Below are positions 13,360-25,650 of a DNA stretch of 64,000 bases, in pieces. Source of the DNA: Octopus bimaculoides (lineage: Eukaryota). Numbering within the stretch: the first letter of the stretch is position 1; every line of letters begins with the position of its first letter. Location of the stretch: positions 47,275,763-47,339,762 of the forward strand of contig NC_068992.1 of the NCBI RefSeq assembly GCF_001194135.2, in the 5' to 3' direction. A program made the translations under genes and the position numbers. Below the pieces are notes generated by a model, which was not told where the DNA came from, did no database searches, and was given only the letters and a program-made list of their open reading frames with translations.

Positions 13360-13753
13360 ATGGGTACAAGACGTCACCAACAGTAAACAACATGAAATAC
13401 GAAAACAAATGAGTTGAATACGCAAATAACGAGAGACAAAAAAAAAGGACAAGTAATACAAAGAATAACCCTTCATCAGCTGTCGGCTGTCTATCAACTC
13501 CCCATTTCGAGCAACCAACGACATTATAAAATATGAATCTTCGAAGACTCCCATAAATATCAAAATAAAATTTTGGATTTATGGAGGGTCAAAGTTAGGA
13601 ACATAAACAGGGAAGTTGAGACATACAGGGAAGCCGAACGAAAACTAACATGGAGGGCCCTTAGACATGAACAAGAGGAAAATAGAGAACGCTGAGAGAA
13701 ACATTTTCTTTGAACAGAGAAAACATAGAAGAGACAAATGAGGGGCTTCCAGT

Positions 13754-13756
<3 letters not shown>
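13360..13756 (-). mobile_element. Interspersed repeat carrying CTGATGA with hammerhead-like elements (pLTR-like)
   Basis: Minus strand CAGCTGATGAAGGG followed by a T-rich tail; the element abuts (TA)n. Same architecture as 42950-43150 and 44930-45275. Confidence 0.5.
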
Positions 13757-13796
<40 letters not shown>

Positions 13797-13798
13797 TA

Positions 13799-13835
13799 CA
13801 GGTCGTCGTCAACTTACGATCACGATTGGTTCCGA
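13799..13835 (+). mobile_element. Solo pogo/Tigger-like terminal inverted repeat
   Basis: TA then CAGGTCGTCGTCAACTTACGATCACGATTGG, resembling recalled Tigger-type ends. No partner TIR found. Confidence 0.45.
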
Positions 13836-14511
13836 CTTCCTGTTCGTAAATCAGTTTGGACACAAGTTGACTCATAGGCCTACGTAGCTTTCTATTATAT
13901 TTTACAATCTTAAGATACATTCGCAGGTAAAACTCACGCACATTATTCTGTATTATACTATTATACTTCCGTTACTCAAAAATTTCGGAGTCTCAAGCAG
14001 TCGTCTTATAAACAAATACGAAGTTGCTTCGATGTCTCCACGACAGGATAGTCATCTAACGCAGTGCCGTTCGATAACCAAACCCAGGGGAAGCGTTGTT
14101 AGCTGACATCATCACCCGTAGACGGGTTAATTTCTAAGAAATTAGAAATTAAACTCATTAGATTTCACCTGGACTATTTATTATTGCTGCCGGGAGTTGG
14201 CGCGATAATTTTTTTACCTACCTTTTTCTTATTTCACACACGAGTACACACAAGCACACATCCCCACACACCCTCACACTCTCACACATATACACACACA
14301 CATAGGCACAGCAGAATCGCATAAATATATATGCATACATATACACACACAATCATACAAATATAGACATAGATATACACCGATTTATATATATAAAACC
14401 AATGACTTCACCCCAGGAATTTTCACCGCGTGCCGCCGCTTATTAAAGCCATCCACTCTAAGCATTATATGTGTGTGTGCGTATGTATGTATATATGTAT
14501 CTATCTATCTA

Positions 14512-14514
<3 letters not shown>

Positions 14515-14573
<59 letters not shown>
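14515..14573. repeat. (TA)n microsatellite
   Basis: Direct reading. Confidence 0.97.
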
Positions 14574-14579
<6 letters not shown>

Positions 14580-15446
14580 AATGTGTATGTATGTATGTAT
14601 GTGTAAGTATATGTCTGTATATTTACATCAATTTCTTTGTTGGAAGGTAACTAATTTCTAACAAATGCAGTGAATCATCGATCGTTCTCCAATTCATAAA
14701 TGGCATTTCTGTATCATCATCATCGATTAACCCCAGGTGAATATCGGTCAAGGAGACATTCCATCTTAAACTCATGTGGGGTGAACCCTGAACTACTTTC
14801 TACTACGGTGTGCTTTCATGGGTTTAGACAAGTATTTCTATTAGCTCTGCTGACAATGTTGAGTTTCCCTGATATATATCCCAATGCGATATGCAAATAA
14901 GCAAAACTATATTTATGCGTGCGCGAACGTGTGTGTGCGTTTGCGTTTGTGTGTGTAAATTTCATGCACAATGTCAGTACAGCAGAATAAGCATGATATA
15001 CTGACCACATGTTCAGAAAATTTGAAATAGGCCATTAGAACACCTGAAATAGAATAACGTACTACACTGTGACATATACTTCCTTCCCAGTGGTGGACAC
15101 CAAGATATACAGAAATTATCAAATGCTTACATAGAAAGCGTGTCTATATATTATCATTACAATTTGAAGTGAAGAAGTGTGGGAGTTGTAGAGATAATTT
15201 CAGGACATTCTTTATGTATATGTCTGTGTGTGTGTGCGTGTGCGCGTGAGTACACGTGTGTGTGTGAGTGTGTGCGTGTGTGCTATATATATTTATAAAT
15301 TTATGTATATATTTGTGAGTAGAGATTGTAGACGGAAACTCAAAGGAGCCGTGGTATGTCTGACAATGTGGTACGTTAAGTAAAACCTTACCAAACTTCC
15401 AGAATTGCCAGAAGTTGTCCATTTCCTATCTTTCTACATTCTTTGT

Positions 15447-15467
15447 ACACACACACACACACACACA

Positions 15468-15541
<74 letters not shown>
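15447..15541. repeat. (CA)n followed by long (CT)n microsatellite
   Basis: Direct reading. Confidence 0.97.
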
Positions 15542-15543
<2 letters not shown>

Positions 15544-15901
15544 GTATCTCTCTTCTTCCATCGTCTCTCACTTGCTCTCTGTCACTCACTCACTTTCTTT
15601 CAATTTCTCTCTTTCACTCTCTGTCTCTTTATGTCTCTTATTATTATTATATAATAAACAAACAGAACTTAATGCATAAAAATGATCTTTTCGCTACTTC
15701 AATTATTACATGTTTTCCTTTTATAAAAATATTATATCGTTGCCATTACTGTATAGATAAATAAAATAACACATACAACTCGCTTATTAGTGTCATATTA
15801 TAAACAAACACAAGATCATGTATGATATTGATCTTTCTTCTACTCCAATTATTACATGGTTTTCTCTTCTAAAAATACACACATACAGGAGGAGTAACTT
15901 A

Positions 15902-15981
15902 TCCATATAATAATACTGCTAATGTGACTCCCGATAAACAGTAAAAGTAATTACCCGAACAACGACGGGTTTTACTGTTAG
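15902..15981 (+). mobile_element. Minimal non-autonomous Helitron-like element (80 bp)
   Basis: Starts with TC after an A (TCCATATAATAA), has a subterminal hairpin ACCCG-AACAACGA-CGGGT, ends TTAG (CTAG variant) before a T. This fits the A|T target with no TSD. Confidence 0.65.
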
Positions 15982-16389
15982 TATACATATATATATATAT
16001 ATACATATACATGTTAATACTCTTTACTTGATATATATACACATGATGTATAATCCTACAAGGGGAATTAAAAAGTAGTCAGGAAGATATAGTGGTTGAG
16101 TAATAACAGATTGACGTTGTTCCTTATGCGGTTTGAAGTTTTGTACGTTTAGATGAACGTCCAGCCACCTCGGAGATTCTGAGAAGCTGAACGTGATTTC
16201 ACATCCACAGAAATTTATATTTAAATACCATAAGGGGCAAATTCAGCCTGTTACTCAATAAATCCAATTCCAACAACAGGTGGCGAGTTTGCTCACTCAC
16301 TTGCATATGTTTATGTGTGTGAGTAGTGTCACTGTACGTGTGTGCGGATATATAATTGCAAGAATTAGTATTAATCCTAGTAAGGCATC

Positions 16390-17350
16390 CAGCATTTGGT
16401 CTCGCTGAACTGGTACAATTAGGAATATCATAACCGTTTGGATGGTGGAGTATATACTCTTTATAACCGGTCTTAGATAGAGTGCTGTTATAGTAGCGGG
16501 CATTCTGGTTGAAGATGTCTATATTAACTGACATCATGCGGATACAGTAGGGGGCCCAGTTTATCAAGAAAGGTATAACGGTGCTAGGATCATTTGAAAG
16601 TCGATTAGCATAAGTTATATGCCCGTTTGGTTTAGGGAAAGGCTTAAAAATACATATGTTGTGTTAGGAAGTTAGCTATTTTACAGATTTCATTAAAAGT
16701 AACAGACAAGCCTCTATTTTTAAAGTGCTTTTAAGTATTATATTAATTCTCTCGTGGGTAGCATAATTATAATTTCAGATTATGAATACCGTGTGGACCC
16801 TATACAGACCACCTTCCAGCTACTGACATTCATCTTTAATAAAGTATAGCAAGATTATTCCCACGAGGCTTGTGAATTTTGTAGTTATTACATCCCATGG
16901 TGTTAGCGAAATTATTTTGTCTAGTTCTTCTACTCTAAATCTTATCGCTAAACTTAGTAATAGTTCTTCAAACCGCAAGTATAATGTCTACGTCGTTTTC
17001 CTGAGATATTAGTGTTTTAGATCTGCACTTTATTTAGAATTATAGAAGAGAGAAAAAGGTAATGGCTATCAATATTAAACTGCAGAAAATTTACATGGAC
17101 CTTATCATTGATGTTTAGAAAGCATCTAATTACTTTTGCAGTGTTAGACTACAAGTCAAGCGAGATTTTCGTCCGGAGATGAGGGATAAATCTATCTATA
17201 ATTTGCTCACTAATTACAAACTTAGATGGGCAGATTCGCTCTACAGAGGGTTTACTTGCAAAAAAAGGGTTTATGGTCCTCAGTTAATTCTGGGGAATCT
17301 TGCTAGGGGCAGTTTTCTACTGTCAAGCTTAAGGATTTGTCACTAGTATG
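16390..17350 (-). pseudogene. Penelope-like element reverse transcriptase remnant
   Basis: Minus-strand translation with stops and shifts: EDHKPFFASKPSVERICPS...FLQFNIDS...TMG..LVGIILLY..EGGLYRV (from GLYRDD)..FKNRGLSVTF..ANFL..KPFPKPNGHITYANRLSNDPSTVI..IFNQNARYYNSTLSKTGY. These are collinear PLE RT motifs. Confidence 0.88.
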
Positions 17351-17951
17351 TCCTTAATATTTAATTTTCATTAAATCTGAGTTAGACGTGTTTCTGCACT
17401 CCTAATGTGGAAAAATACAAAGGAAAAATTAAATATTCGTCAATGTCTGAAATTAATTATCATGTTTTCACCAAAAAAGAAAGACAACGCTAGTTATGTT
17501 TCTCTCTCTTTCTTACACCATTAGGCAAAATATAACTGTCGACGTGCAGAATTGGCTATAAAAATATGTCGTATTTATATGTATATTATTGTTTGTTTGT
17601 TGTCATATCAATAAGTGTTTTGATTAAACAATAAATATTTCACAATCGCTCTAATGGTGAAAAACTGTAATTAATTTATCAATATTAAATTATTTACAAC
17701 ATGGAACGGTTAACATGTGAGTAAAAGTAATTAAGTGGTCAGAATAAACAATAATGGATAAAGACTAATATTATTATAATTTCAAATTGCTATTATAATT
17801 AACAATATAGTACATGTCCCCGATTAATTCAATCTCTTGTCAAGAATGAAATTATAGAAGCAGGTATGGATTATTCGTAATTACGCTTAATCCCATTATG
17901 TGCGTTATCTGCGTTTTACCTGCACGTCTTAACTGGATGTAATTTCGGTTG

Positions 17952-17956
<5 letters not shown>

Positions 17957-18015
<59 letters not shown>

Positions 18016-18036
18016 CATCATTATTGTTGTTGTTAT
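17957..18036. repeat. (TTA)n microsatellite followed by a 20-bp SINE family C head stub (18040-18060)
   Basis: Direct reading; GGTGGTGAGCTGGCAAAATC follows. Confidence 0.9.
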
Positions 18037-18294
18037 CAAGGTGGTGAGCTGGCAAAATCTATCTACCAAATTACATAACTTCAGAGTAATGATCCGCTAA
18101 TTTATTCAAGTGGAAGTGTTTACTCATTCTTACAGCAAATTTTTCAATTGTTACGTGTTTATCAAGAAGCTTTTTGAGTTTCCATCGCACTCATACATTC
18201 GACGCATCCAGTAATTTCCGATGTCTCATTTGCATAGCTGGAGCTTTTGTATGTATGCATATATATATATGAGTATGTATGTGTGTATGTATCT

Positions 18295-18346
18295 ATTATC
18301 TTTTTATTTATTTCAGTCATTTTATTGCAGCCATGCTGGGGCACCG
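18295..18346 (-). mobile_element. SINE family A 3' tail fragment
   Basis: TTTCAGTCATTTTATTGCAGCCATGCTGGGGCACCG. Confidence 0.75.
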
Positions 18347-19054
18347 ATTTATATATATGTATGTATATGCATGTATATGTGTGTATGCATATATGTATTC
18401 ATCTACACGTCTATATTTGTATGAAATTAAATACATAAACAGACATTAAATTGAAGTATCACTTACTAGTTTTCAGTAGACTACCGCACTCACGCCTGAA
18501 CTCTTAAACAAGTAATTCATACCTACATTGTTTAGATCACAATAGCTAATAATGACTGACGAGCGGCATGTTGTTGTAAAGGCCTGAGTTTATTGCAAAT
18601 GAACACTTACTGCCGTTCGTAATTTCTTTTAAACCCTGAATCTCTCTTTCTCATCTATGACCTGGGAAAATTCTGTACAAACTAGCTCTTTCCAAATCTC
18701 ACCGGTACTCACAACCAATTACTGCGACTGAGCTACTGTTGTGTTATATACACATGCGCAGATACACACACATACACATACGCACACGCGTGTGCACGCA
18801 GACACACATCTCCTCATCCAGAAAAGCCTTGTTCGGCTAACTAACATGGATTTAGTCACAAGCTCTATCCCATTGATGTGCTCTCATTCCCTCCTTTTAT
18901 CAACACCACATCGACCTATGCTCTTTAGTGATAGTAACTTCAATTCTTGTGTCACTTGCATCCTCAAACTATTGACATACTTGCCACTCCCACTCACAAT
19001 AAATACACATATGCACACACATGTGTCCATGCATATATATANNNNNNNNNNNNN

Positions 19055-19085
<31 letters not shown>

Positions 19086-19699
19086 CATCGTAGTTTACTG
19101 TAAAATTTTACATCTATTAGATAACAATATTTTATAATGAATGATGTGCGGTAGGTAGCTGTAAAGGTCTGAGTTTATTGCAAGCAAACTGCCACTGCTG
19201 TTCTTATTCGCACTCATGAATTGACTTATTATATTTAAAAGTATCTTGTAAAAATTATTTCATCATTTTGAATATGTATTCACAAGACACTCCCTCTTTC
19301 ATGTTTTGAAGTAACAATTTTCAGGAGAAAAGCGTCGTAATAGATCATTTTACATTAAAAATATCTTCATTCTTTTCATGGATAATGATATAAACAAAGA
19401 GCATATTATCGTTTTCGGCAATTTTATTTTCTCTTGTTGTATAGAATAGTATTGATATTTGTCAAGATGTTTCGATTCCATGATTTACATGGAGTATTGG
19501 GTATTTTGGGGGTGTTATGAGCCTTTCTATTCTAGCACATATGTGTTTCTTCGTCTTCAGCTTTTATTTCCAAACTAGACAGTACAGGATATTTCTTGCT
19601 GTGTTGTTTGGATGCAATGATTTGATTGGTTAGATAGTCCTGCGTATCAGTTTTGCCGTAAAACCTGTCGGCTTTTAATTGGTTCTGCTTTTAATAATC

Positions 19700-19835
19700 A
19701 TGAAATGTGAATTACAAGAACTGCATAACTAGGGATGCATAAGTAGGGGCAAATTTCTTTCCCATGGCTGTTCTACGTAGCTAGATAAAAACAATTTCAG
19801 TTTAAATAGAATTAAGTGGTGTTGTACAAAATTTC
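19700..19835 (-). pseudogene. Second Penelope-like RT fragment from a different lineage (GTAMG-type motif)
   Basis: Minus strand YL.LRRTAMGKKFAPTYASLVM matches the YxQxxGTAMGxxxAPxYAxLxM motif. It may extend further left. Confidence 0.7.
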
Positions 19836-20084
19836 ACCAAGTGCTCGAGTGAAAAAGTATTTCACCTGCTATTTTACAGCAGCGTGTGTCTATGTTACAT
19901 CTGTATAAAGGCTATTTATGTCGAAAATTATAAGGCGATGTTTACATCTGTATTGGTTAGTAGAGGCGGCAGAAAAAATCAATATCATCACTAATGCTAT
20001 GTATATATATGTGTGTATGCATGTATATATGTGTGTATATGTATATATGTGCATATATATTTACATGTATGTATAGAAAGTGAG

Positions 20085-20250
20085 GCATAGATGCATATAT
20101 ATGACTGAATGTTAAAGTTGTTTGCTTCGCTATAATTAAATGGTGTTCTCGATTCTGCAGTATATCTGCTTAGGTAAGTTGGTTTGTAACCTCGATGGCC
20201 CTAAGCCTCGTTAGTGATACTATGTAGACGAAACTTTTGAGAATGTAAGT
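20085..20250 (+). mobile_element. Degenerate SINE family A head
   Basis: GTTTGCTTC...AAGCCTCGTTAGTGA..TGTAGACGAAACT is collinear with the family A head. Confidence 0.5.
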
Positions 20251-20584
20251 TTGATGTAAATGTCTAGCCATCTGTGCATATTGTGTAAACCTTATCAAGC
20301 CAATGATATATTCTAAATGTACAGGTTTCTACAGAATATGCAAGTTAGTATGATTAGTACATGACTGTACCATTTGATAATACTATTCAATGCTCATCGT
20401 CGAAACTGGCGGAGAACCTATGTTTACTATATATATTTTTAGGTATTCAAGATAAAGTCCGTTCTAAAGTGGTTCCAATGAGTAATGTTTGTTTATTTAA
20501 TCAGAATATTTTAGTTTCTTCAAATTAGAATTTTCAGTGACGGACTCAACCATCTTTATGTAATTTTCTACTTAGCACAGCTGA

Positions 20585-20680
20585 CTACACACTGCACTAT
20601 AGTTCACTACACACTATCGTTTACTTGACTACACACTATTGTATACTTGACTACACACTATAGCATACTTCACTACACAG
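20585..20680. repeat. 22-bp minisatellite, ~4.5 units
   Basis: CTACAC at 20585, 20607, 20629, 20651 and 20673. Confidence 0.9.
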
Positions 20681-21084
20681 AGATGAAGAGGACATAAAAT
20701 TAATGTCACGCCTGCTATACTTCCACACATACAATACAATACAGAATGACTGTACTTCATTCTGCATTATATATGTGTATTTATGTGTCTGTGTGTATTT
20801 ACGTATGCGTATATGTGTGTGTGTGAATCTAATTATGTATTGATATACAAATATAAGTGTATTATCATATATGCCTTTCTCTTTTTCTCCTTTAGTGCGT
20901 GTGTGTATGTATAACTCTGTGCATACATTTACGTATGAATTTNNNNNNNNNNNNNNNNNNNNNNNNNNNNNNNNNNNNNNNNNNNNNNNNNNNNNNNNNN
21001 NNNNNNNNNNNNNNNNNNNNNNNNNNNNNNNTATATATATATATAATTATACATATTTATACATATATACACATATGTGTATAT

Positions 21085-21133
<49 letters not shown>

Positions 21134-21479
21134 CGTATGTAATTATACATATACATATATATGTATATATAAATAAATACATATATATGTGTGTGTGTGT
21201 ATGTATTTGCGTATAAAAACTACAAATATGAGACAACTCTATTTATACAGTTTAGTCAATTAGTGGAACAAATATACAATCGTACATACTCATACACACA
21301 CACATACACACATATCCCTGTTTACATACACACGTACACGGACTCATATTTCATTCAATGATCAGATGAGAAGGGAAGGGTGAGTCCGTGACCTTTTCGA
21401 ACCTCCCAGACTGGAAAGTTCGATGTGTTTGATCTTCTATTTGAACTTCTATAGAATATCCCATGTGATAAACTTCTAC

Positions 21480-21690
21480 GTGGTCATTAGATTTGCTAGA
21501 AACAACACAGAAATTTTCCACAAATCTCACTCTACAGTAGCAAAAATTGAATGTTACGCTGAATAATATATTTCTCGATAGACGATGACTAAATATAAGA
21601 GAGTATAGTCATGGTTAGAAAAGCTATATTTGCCGATTTGCTCTCAAAGACTCAAAGATCTCGCCTGTAGCTAAACAACGATAACGAAAA
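21480..21690 (+). mobile_element. Degenerate retroelement 3' tail (LINE/RTE-like, from recall)
   Basis: GATTTGCTAGAAA...GCTAAACAACGA. A related segment lies at 43420-43615. Confidence 0.4.
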
Positions 21691-21863
21691 TAGAAGGAAT
21701 TCCAGTGGGTACCATTCTGGAATTGAATGGTTTACAAAGACACTGAGAGGGGATTTAGAAGTAGCATGCACTGAGGAATATTGAAACGCAAAAGCTATGG
21801 AGGCCTCAGATATAGTTCCACGTGGGACTTAATGATATTTTTATCTACATCAGGCAATGATTG

Positions 21864-21900
<37 letters not shown>

Positions 21901-22018
21901 CGTATACCTATACATCAATCAATATATCTATTAATCTGTCTATCTCTCTCCGTCTCTTTGTCTTTCTATCTATTTGTCTATCTATCTATCTAAATATCTA
22001 TCAATCTATATGTTTCTC

Positions 22019-22391
22019 TTTGCTTCGCAACCACGTGATTCCTGTTTCAGTCCTACTACGTGGCAACTTGGACGAGTATCGCCTACTACAGTCCTGAGGC
22101 GACCAAAGCCTTGCGAGTCTCTTTATGAAACGGAAACTGAAAGAAGCAGTTCTATGTGTGTCTGTCTGTTTGTATGTGTGTGTATGGGGGAGGCATTTTT
22201 GTCTCTTACCACCACTTGACAACCGGTATTCCTGTGCTTACGTTCCTATAACATAACAGTTCAGCAAAAGAACCGATAGAATAAGCACCAGGCTTAAGAA
22301 TTTAAGTGCTGGAGTAAATTCGTTCCACTAAAATTTTTCAAGGCGGTGCTTCAGCATGGCCGCAGTCTAATAATGGAAACAAAAGTTAAAA
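22019..22391 (+). mobile_element. SINE family A, 5'-truncated
   Basis: TGCTTCGCAACCACGTG..CGACCAAAGCCTTG..CGGAAACTGAAAGAAGC..GGCGGTGCTTCAGCATGGCCGCAGTC. Confidence 0.9.
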
Positions 22392-22639
22392 TATATATAT
22401 ATATACATATATATATATAGGGAGGTTCTGAGCGGTAATGATGTCAATGAGACCCAAATGTATCAGGTAATGTTGAGTAAGTGCTATGGATAGACCATAG
22501 TTAAGCTCCAGGTTCGGTGATTATGCGAATAAGGGGTCCAACGTAGGTCATATATCAGCCTGTGTATATAAAGGATTACTTTTCCTAATGAGATAAAAAA
22601 AAACCAAGGCTGTGTAGATTTTAGAACATTTATAAATAG

Positions 22640-22687
22640 GTCTTACAGTTGTTTCCAGGATATTTATTATATCTCTTCATCGGAGAC
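22640..22687 (-). ncRNA. Second copy of the hammerhead-like motif (left arm)
   Basis: Minus strand GTCT-CCGATGA-AGAGATATAATAAATATCCTG-GAAAC-AACT-GTA-AGAC; the palindrome is broken by one change. Confidence 0.55.
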
Positions 22688-22962
22688 GGTGTGAGATGAT
22701 GGTTAAGCAGTTGTTAATTTAGATAAGATACGAAATAGAGAGTGAAGTGGAGGAACGAAAATAGATGTGCGATATGCAATTTTAAAGACTATTGGATTTC
22801 ACTCATAAGGTGTTGGAATCTTATATGTATACCATTCTGCCCAAATAATGGATCTCCAAATACGATATCCCTGCATATCTCACATCTATTTTCGTTCTTC
22901 CACTCCACTCTCTATTTTGTATCTTATCTAAATTAACCACTGCTTAACAATCTTCTCACACC

Positions 22963-23010
22963 GTCTCCGATGAAGGGATATTATAAATACCCTGGAAACA
23001 GCTGTAAGAC
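22963..23010 (+). ncRNA. Minimal type I hammerhead-like motif with a U4C core change
   Basis: GTCT-CCGATGA-A-GGGATATTATAAATACCCT-G-GAAAC-AGCT-GTA-AGAC. Helix I is GTCT/AGAC, helix III is the palindrome ACAGCTGT, and the site is GUA. Confidence 0.6.
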
Positions 23011-23076
23011 CTATTTATAAATGTTCTAAAATCTACACAGCCTTGGTTTTTTATCTCATTACGAAAAGCAATTCTT

Positions 23077-23123
<47 letters not shown>

Positions 23124-23855
23124 GGATAACACCGATATTTAAAATATTGATCTTATCAAGTGGTCAGCATGGGAATAAAAACCATCAAAGGTAATAATTA
23201 TTGTGGTTTTAGAGTCTGGATTTGACTGCTATTTTTTCAGCGTGGTGGTATCTCTTGATACCCTGTATTATAATTTTAAATAATTTTATATATATATATA
23301 TACATATAATAAACACCACAAACATGGAACACTTGCATTCACAACTTCAAGATTCTCGATAGCATTGAATGCAACCGTCAGTGTAAACCAAGGATATCAT
23401 CAATTTTTTTTTCTTCGTGAATAATATATACGTTTGTGGACGTATCTGGTTTACTAGGAGACAGATTGAAATAAACGAAACAGTTGTCCGCTTGTAACCC
23501 TGGCTACACAACACTATAAATATGCATAGGCATTATCCGCAAAACACATGCAAACACACACACATGCATCCACACACGCATGTCGACAAACCGATGTGTA
23601 GCAACAAAAGAAGTAGTTCTTCAATATGGTCGGAAATAAGGGACTAAATTTACCACATGAAACAATCATGGTACATTTACTTTCTGGGATCCGACTTGCT
23701 CGATAGCATCAGATGTCAATTAGTCGAGCCTCGCTATCGTTTCTCAGCTGTCCTACCTTAACATGTAGTTTTGTAGAATACATAAGATGGAATTTCAAGT
23801 ACGACTGAATTATATGTTTATGTACGGATATAGTTGTATTTGTTTATACATGTTC

Positions 23856-24288
23856 TTTTATTCTGTTGTTCCTTTACCTGTTTCAGTCATTTGAGTGTTG
23901 CCATGCTGGAGCACCGCCTTTAGTCGAGCAAATTGACCCCAGGACTTATTCTTTGTAAGCCTAGTACTTATTCTATCGGTCAGTTTTGCCGAACCACGAA
24001 GTTACGGGGACGTAAACACACCAGCATCGGTTGTCAAGCGATGTTTGGGGGGGGGGGNNNNNNNNNNNNNNNNNNNNNNNNNNNNNNNNNNNNNNNNNNN
24101 NNNNNNNNNNNATATACACATATAAGACGGGCTTCTTTCAGTTTCCGTCTACCAAATCCACTCACAAGGCTTTGGTTGGCCCGAGGCTGTAGTAGAAGAC
24201 ACTTGCTCAAGGTGCCATGCAGTGGGAATGAACCCAGAACCATGCGGTTGGTAGGCAAGCTACTTAACACATAGCCCCTCCTACGCCT
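23856..24288 (-). mobile_element. SINE family A, full-length and young; the internal microsatellite falls in an N gap
   Basis: Well-conserved head and tail on both sides of the gap at 24058-24110. Confidence 0.95.
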
Positions 24289-25565
24289 ATGCATATATGC
24301 ATGATTAATGCATAATGATAATACGAAGCAACTTCAGACTACAAAAAAATTCAACCTGCTTTACCTACTTATAACAGTATTGTTTGTGTTTATTGCTCGC
24401 TTGATTGTAACTGACTACTGAAGTCGTTAGTATACTTCGCCAAAATGCGCTTAGCCAAAAATCCTAATATGAATTCCTATAAAAATTTAGCTGAATATTA
24501 TTTTAAGGCCTGATTTTGTTTTTGATATTAAATGCGTTAATTTAACATCAAATACAACTGTGCCACATGTATAAGACACGCCCAGATATGTTCAAAATTA
24601 TCTGTGTAAGACATTGCGCTGATATATTGGTCGGCAATATTTTTTATCAAATCTGAGTTGATAATTGTGTATTATGGAAGATGAAACAATGAAACATTTG
24701 TCTTTTTGTGCTTTTTTTCCGGATTTCTTAAGATGTAGATATAAGATCTGAAATTTTGTCAGCTTGTGAATATGTACCAACTACCATCATCCAGTTGTAA
24801 GTCTCCAAATAGCTAAAAAAAATTTTAACGGTTTCACTGGTGGAAGTTTTCCCTCACCTATTTACCTTTATTTATATATCCCAGTTTCATTTCAAGAGAA
24901 TCCATCTCTATAAAGCATAGATTTTCTAACGTTATTTCCCGTGCACAATTCATTCATCTTTCACCCTTTTGATTCATATTTTTATACTAATACGCGATAT
25001 GCTATACACACATATATTCCGTTTGATATATAAATCCATAGAACATTTCACTCATTCAATTCCTTCTTTCGTGTATCTTCCCCATATTTTCAAATTGTAT
25101 TTCTTTGTATTCAGATTATCTATTTTGTTAACGAATGAGATCCAACTGACTATCTATGCAAGAACTCGAAATCAGCCAGAATATGTGACCATATTTCGTC
25201 GTGTACTGTAGATGCCAATTTATTTTCATTCCATTTAGCTTAATGGCTTGAGAATTGGAAGGGCTAAACTCAGAGTAACTAGAAGTCAAGATTGAGATTC
25301 CAATAAATGTACTGTGTCAATTTATGTAGATTCACGTTTGATATATTTAGTTAGTGTCATGGTTTACCTAACGCCAGAGCCTAGTCGACCACAGAATAAT
25401 GCAAGCCAAACCCTGTTCCCTTGTCACTATATTTTAAAACCGCGATAATTTCTGATGTGGAAAATATTAGAAATATTCAGACTGACTTTTGCATTATTCA
25501 ACTATGTCGTCATCGAGCTTACAATATACATATATGTAGGATACATACATACAAACACACAAACA

Positions 25566-25650
<85 letters not shown>

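Larger units (their letters stand above)
22565..23082. mobile_element. Foldback element: ~212-bp inverted arms around a 93-bp spacer, each arm with a hammerhead-like motif (inverted PLE pLTR pair)
   Basis: Arm 22565-22778 is the reverse complement of 22872-23082 with few mismatches. The right end abuts (TA)n. Confidence 0.85.

Noticed and set aside
14114-14138. Hairpin ACCCG-TAGA-CGGGT plus CTAA as a Helitron 3' end
   Set aside because: Not followed by T and no matching 5' end was found.
20585-20680. Regularly spaced 22-bp units as a CRISPR-like array
   Set aside because: Head-to-tail minisatellite with no unique spacers, in eukaryotic DNA.
21768-21800. CTGAGGA-ATATT-GAAA-CGC
   Set aside because: No helix II, and helices I and III are unsupported.
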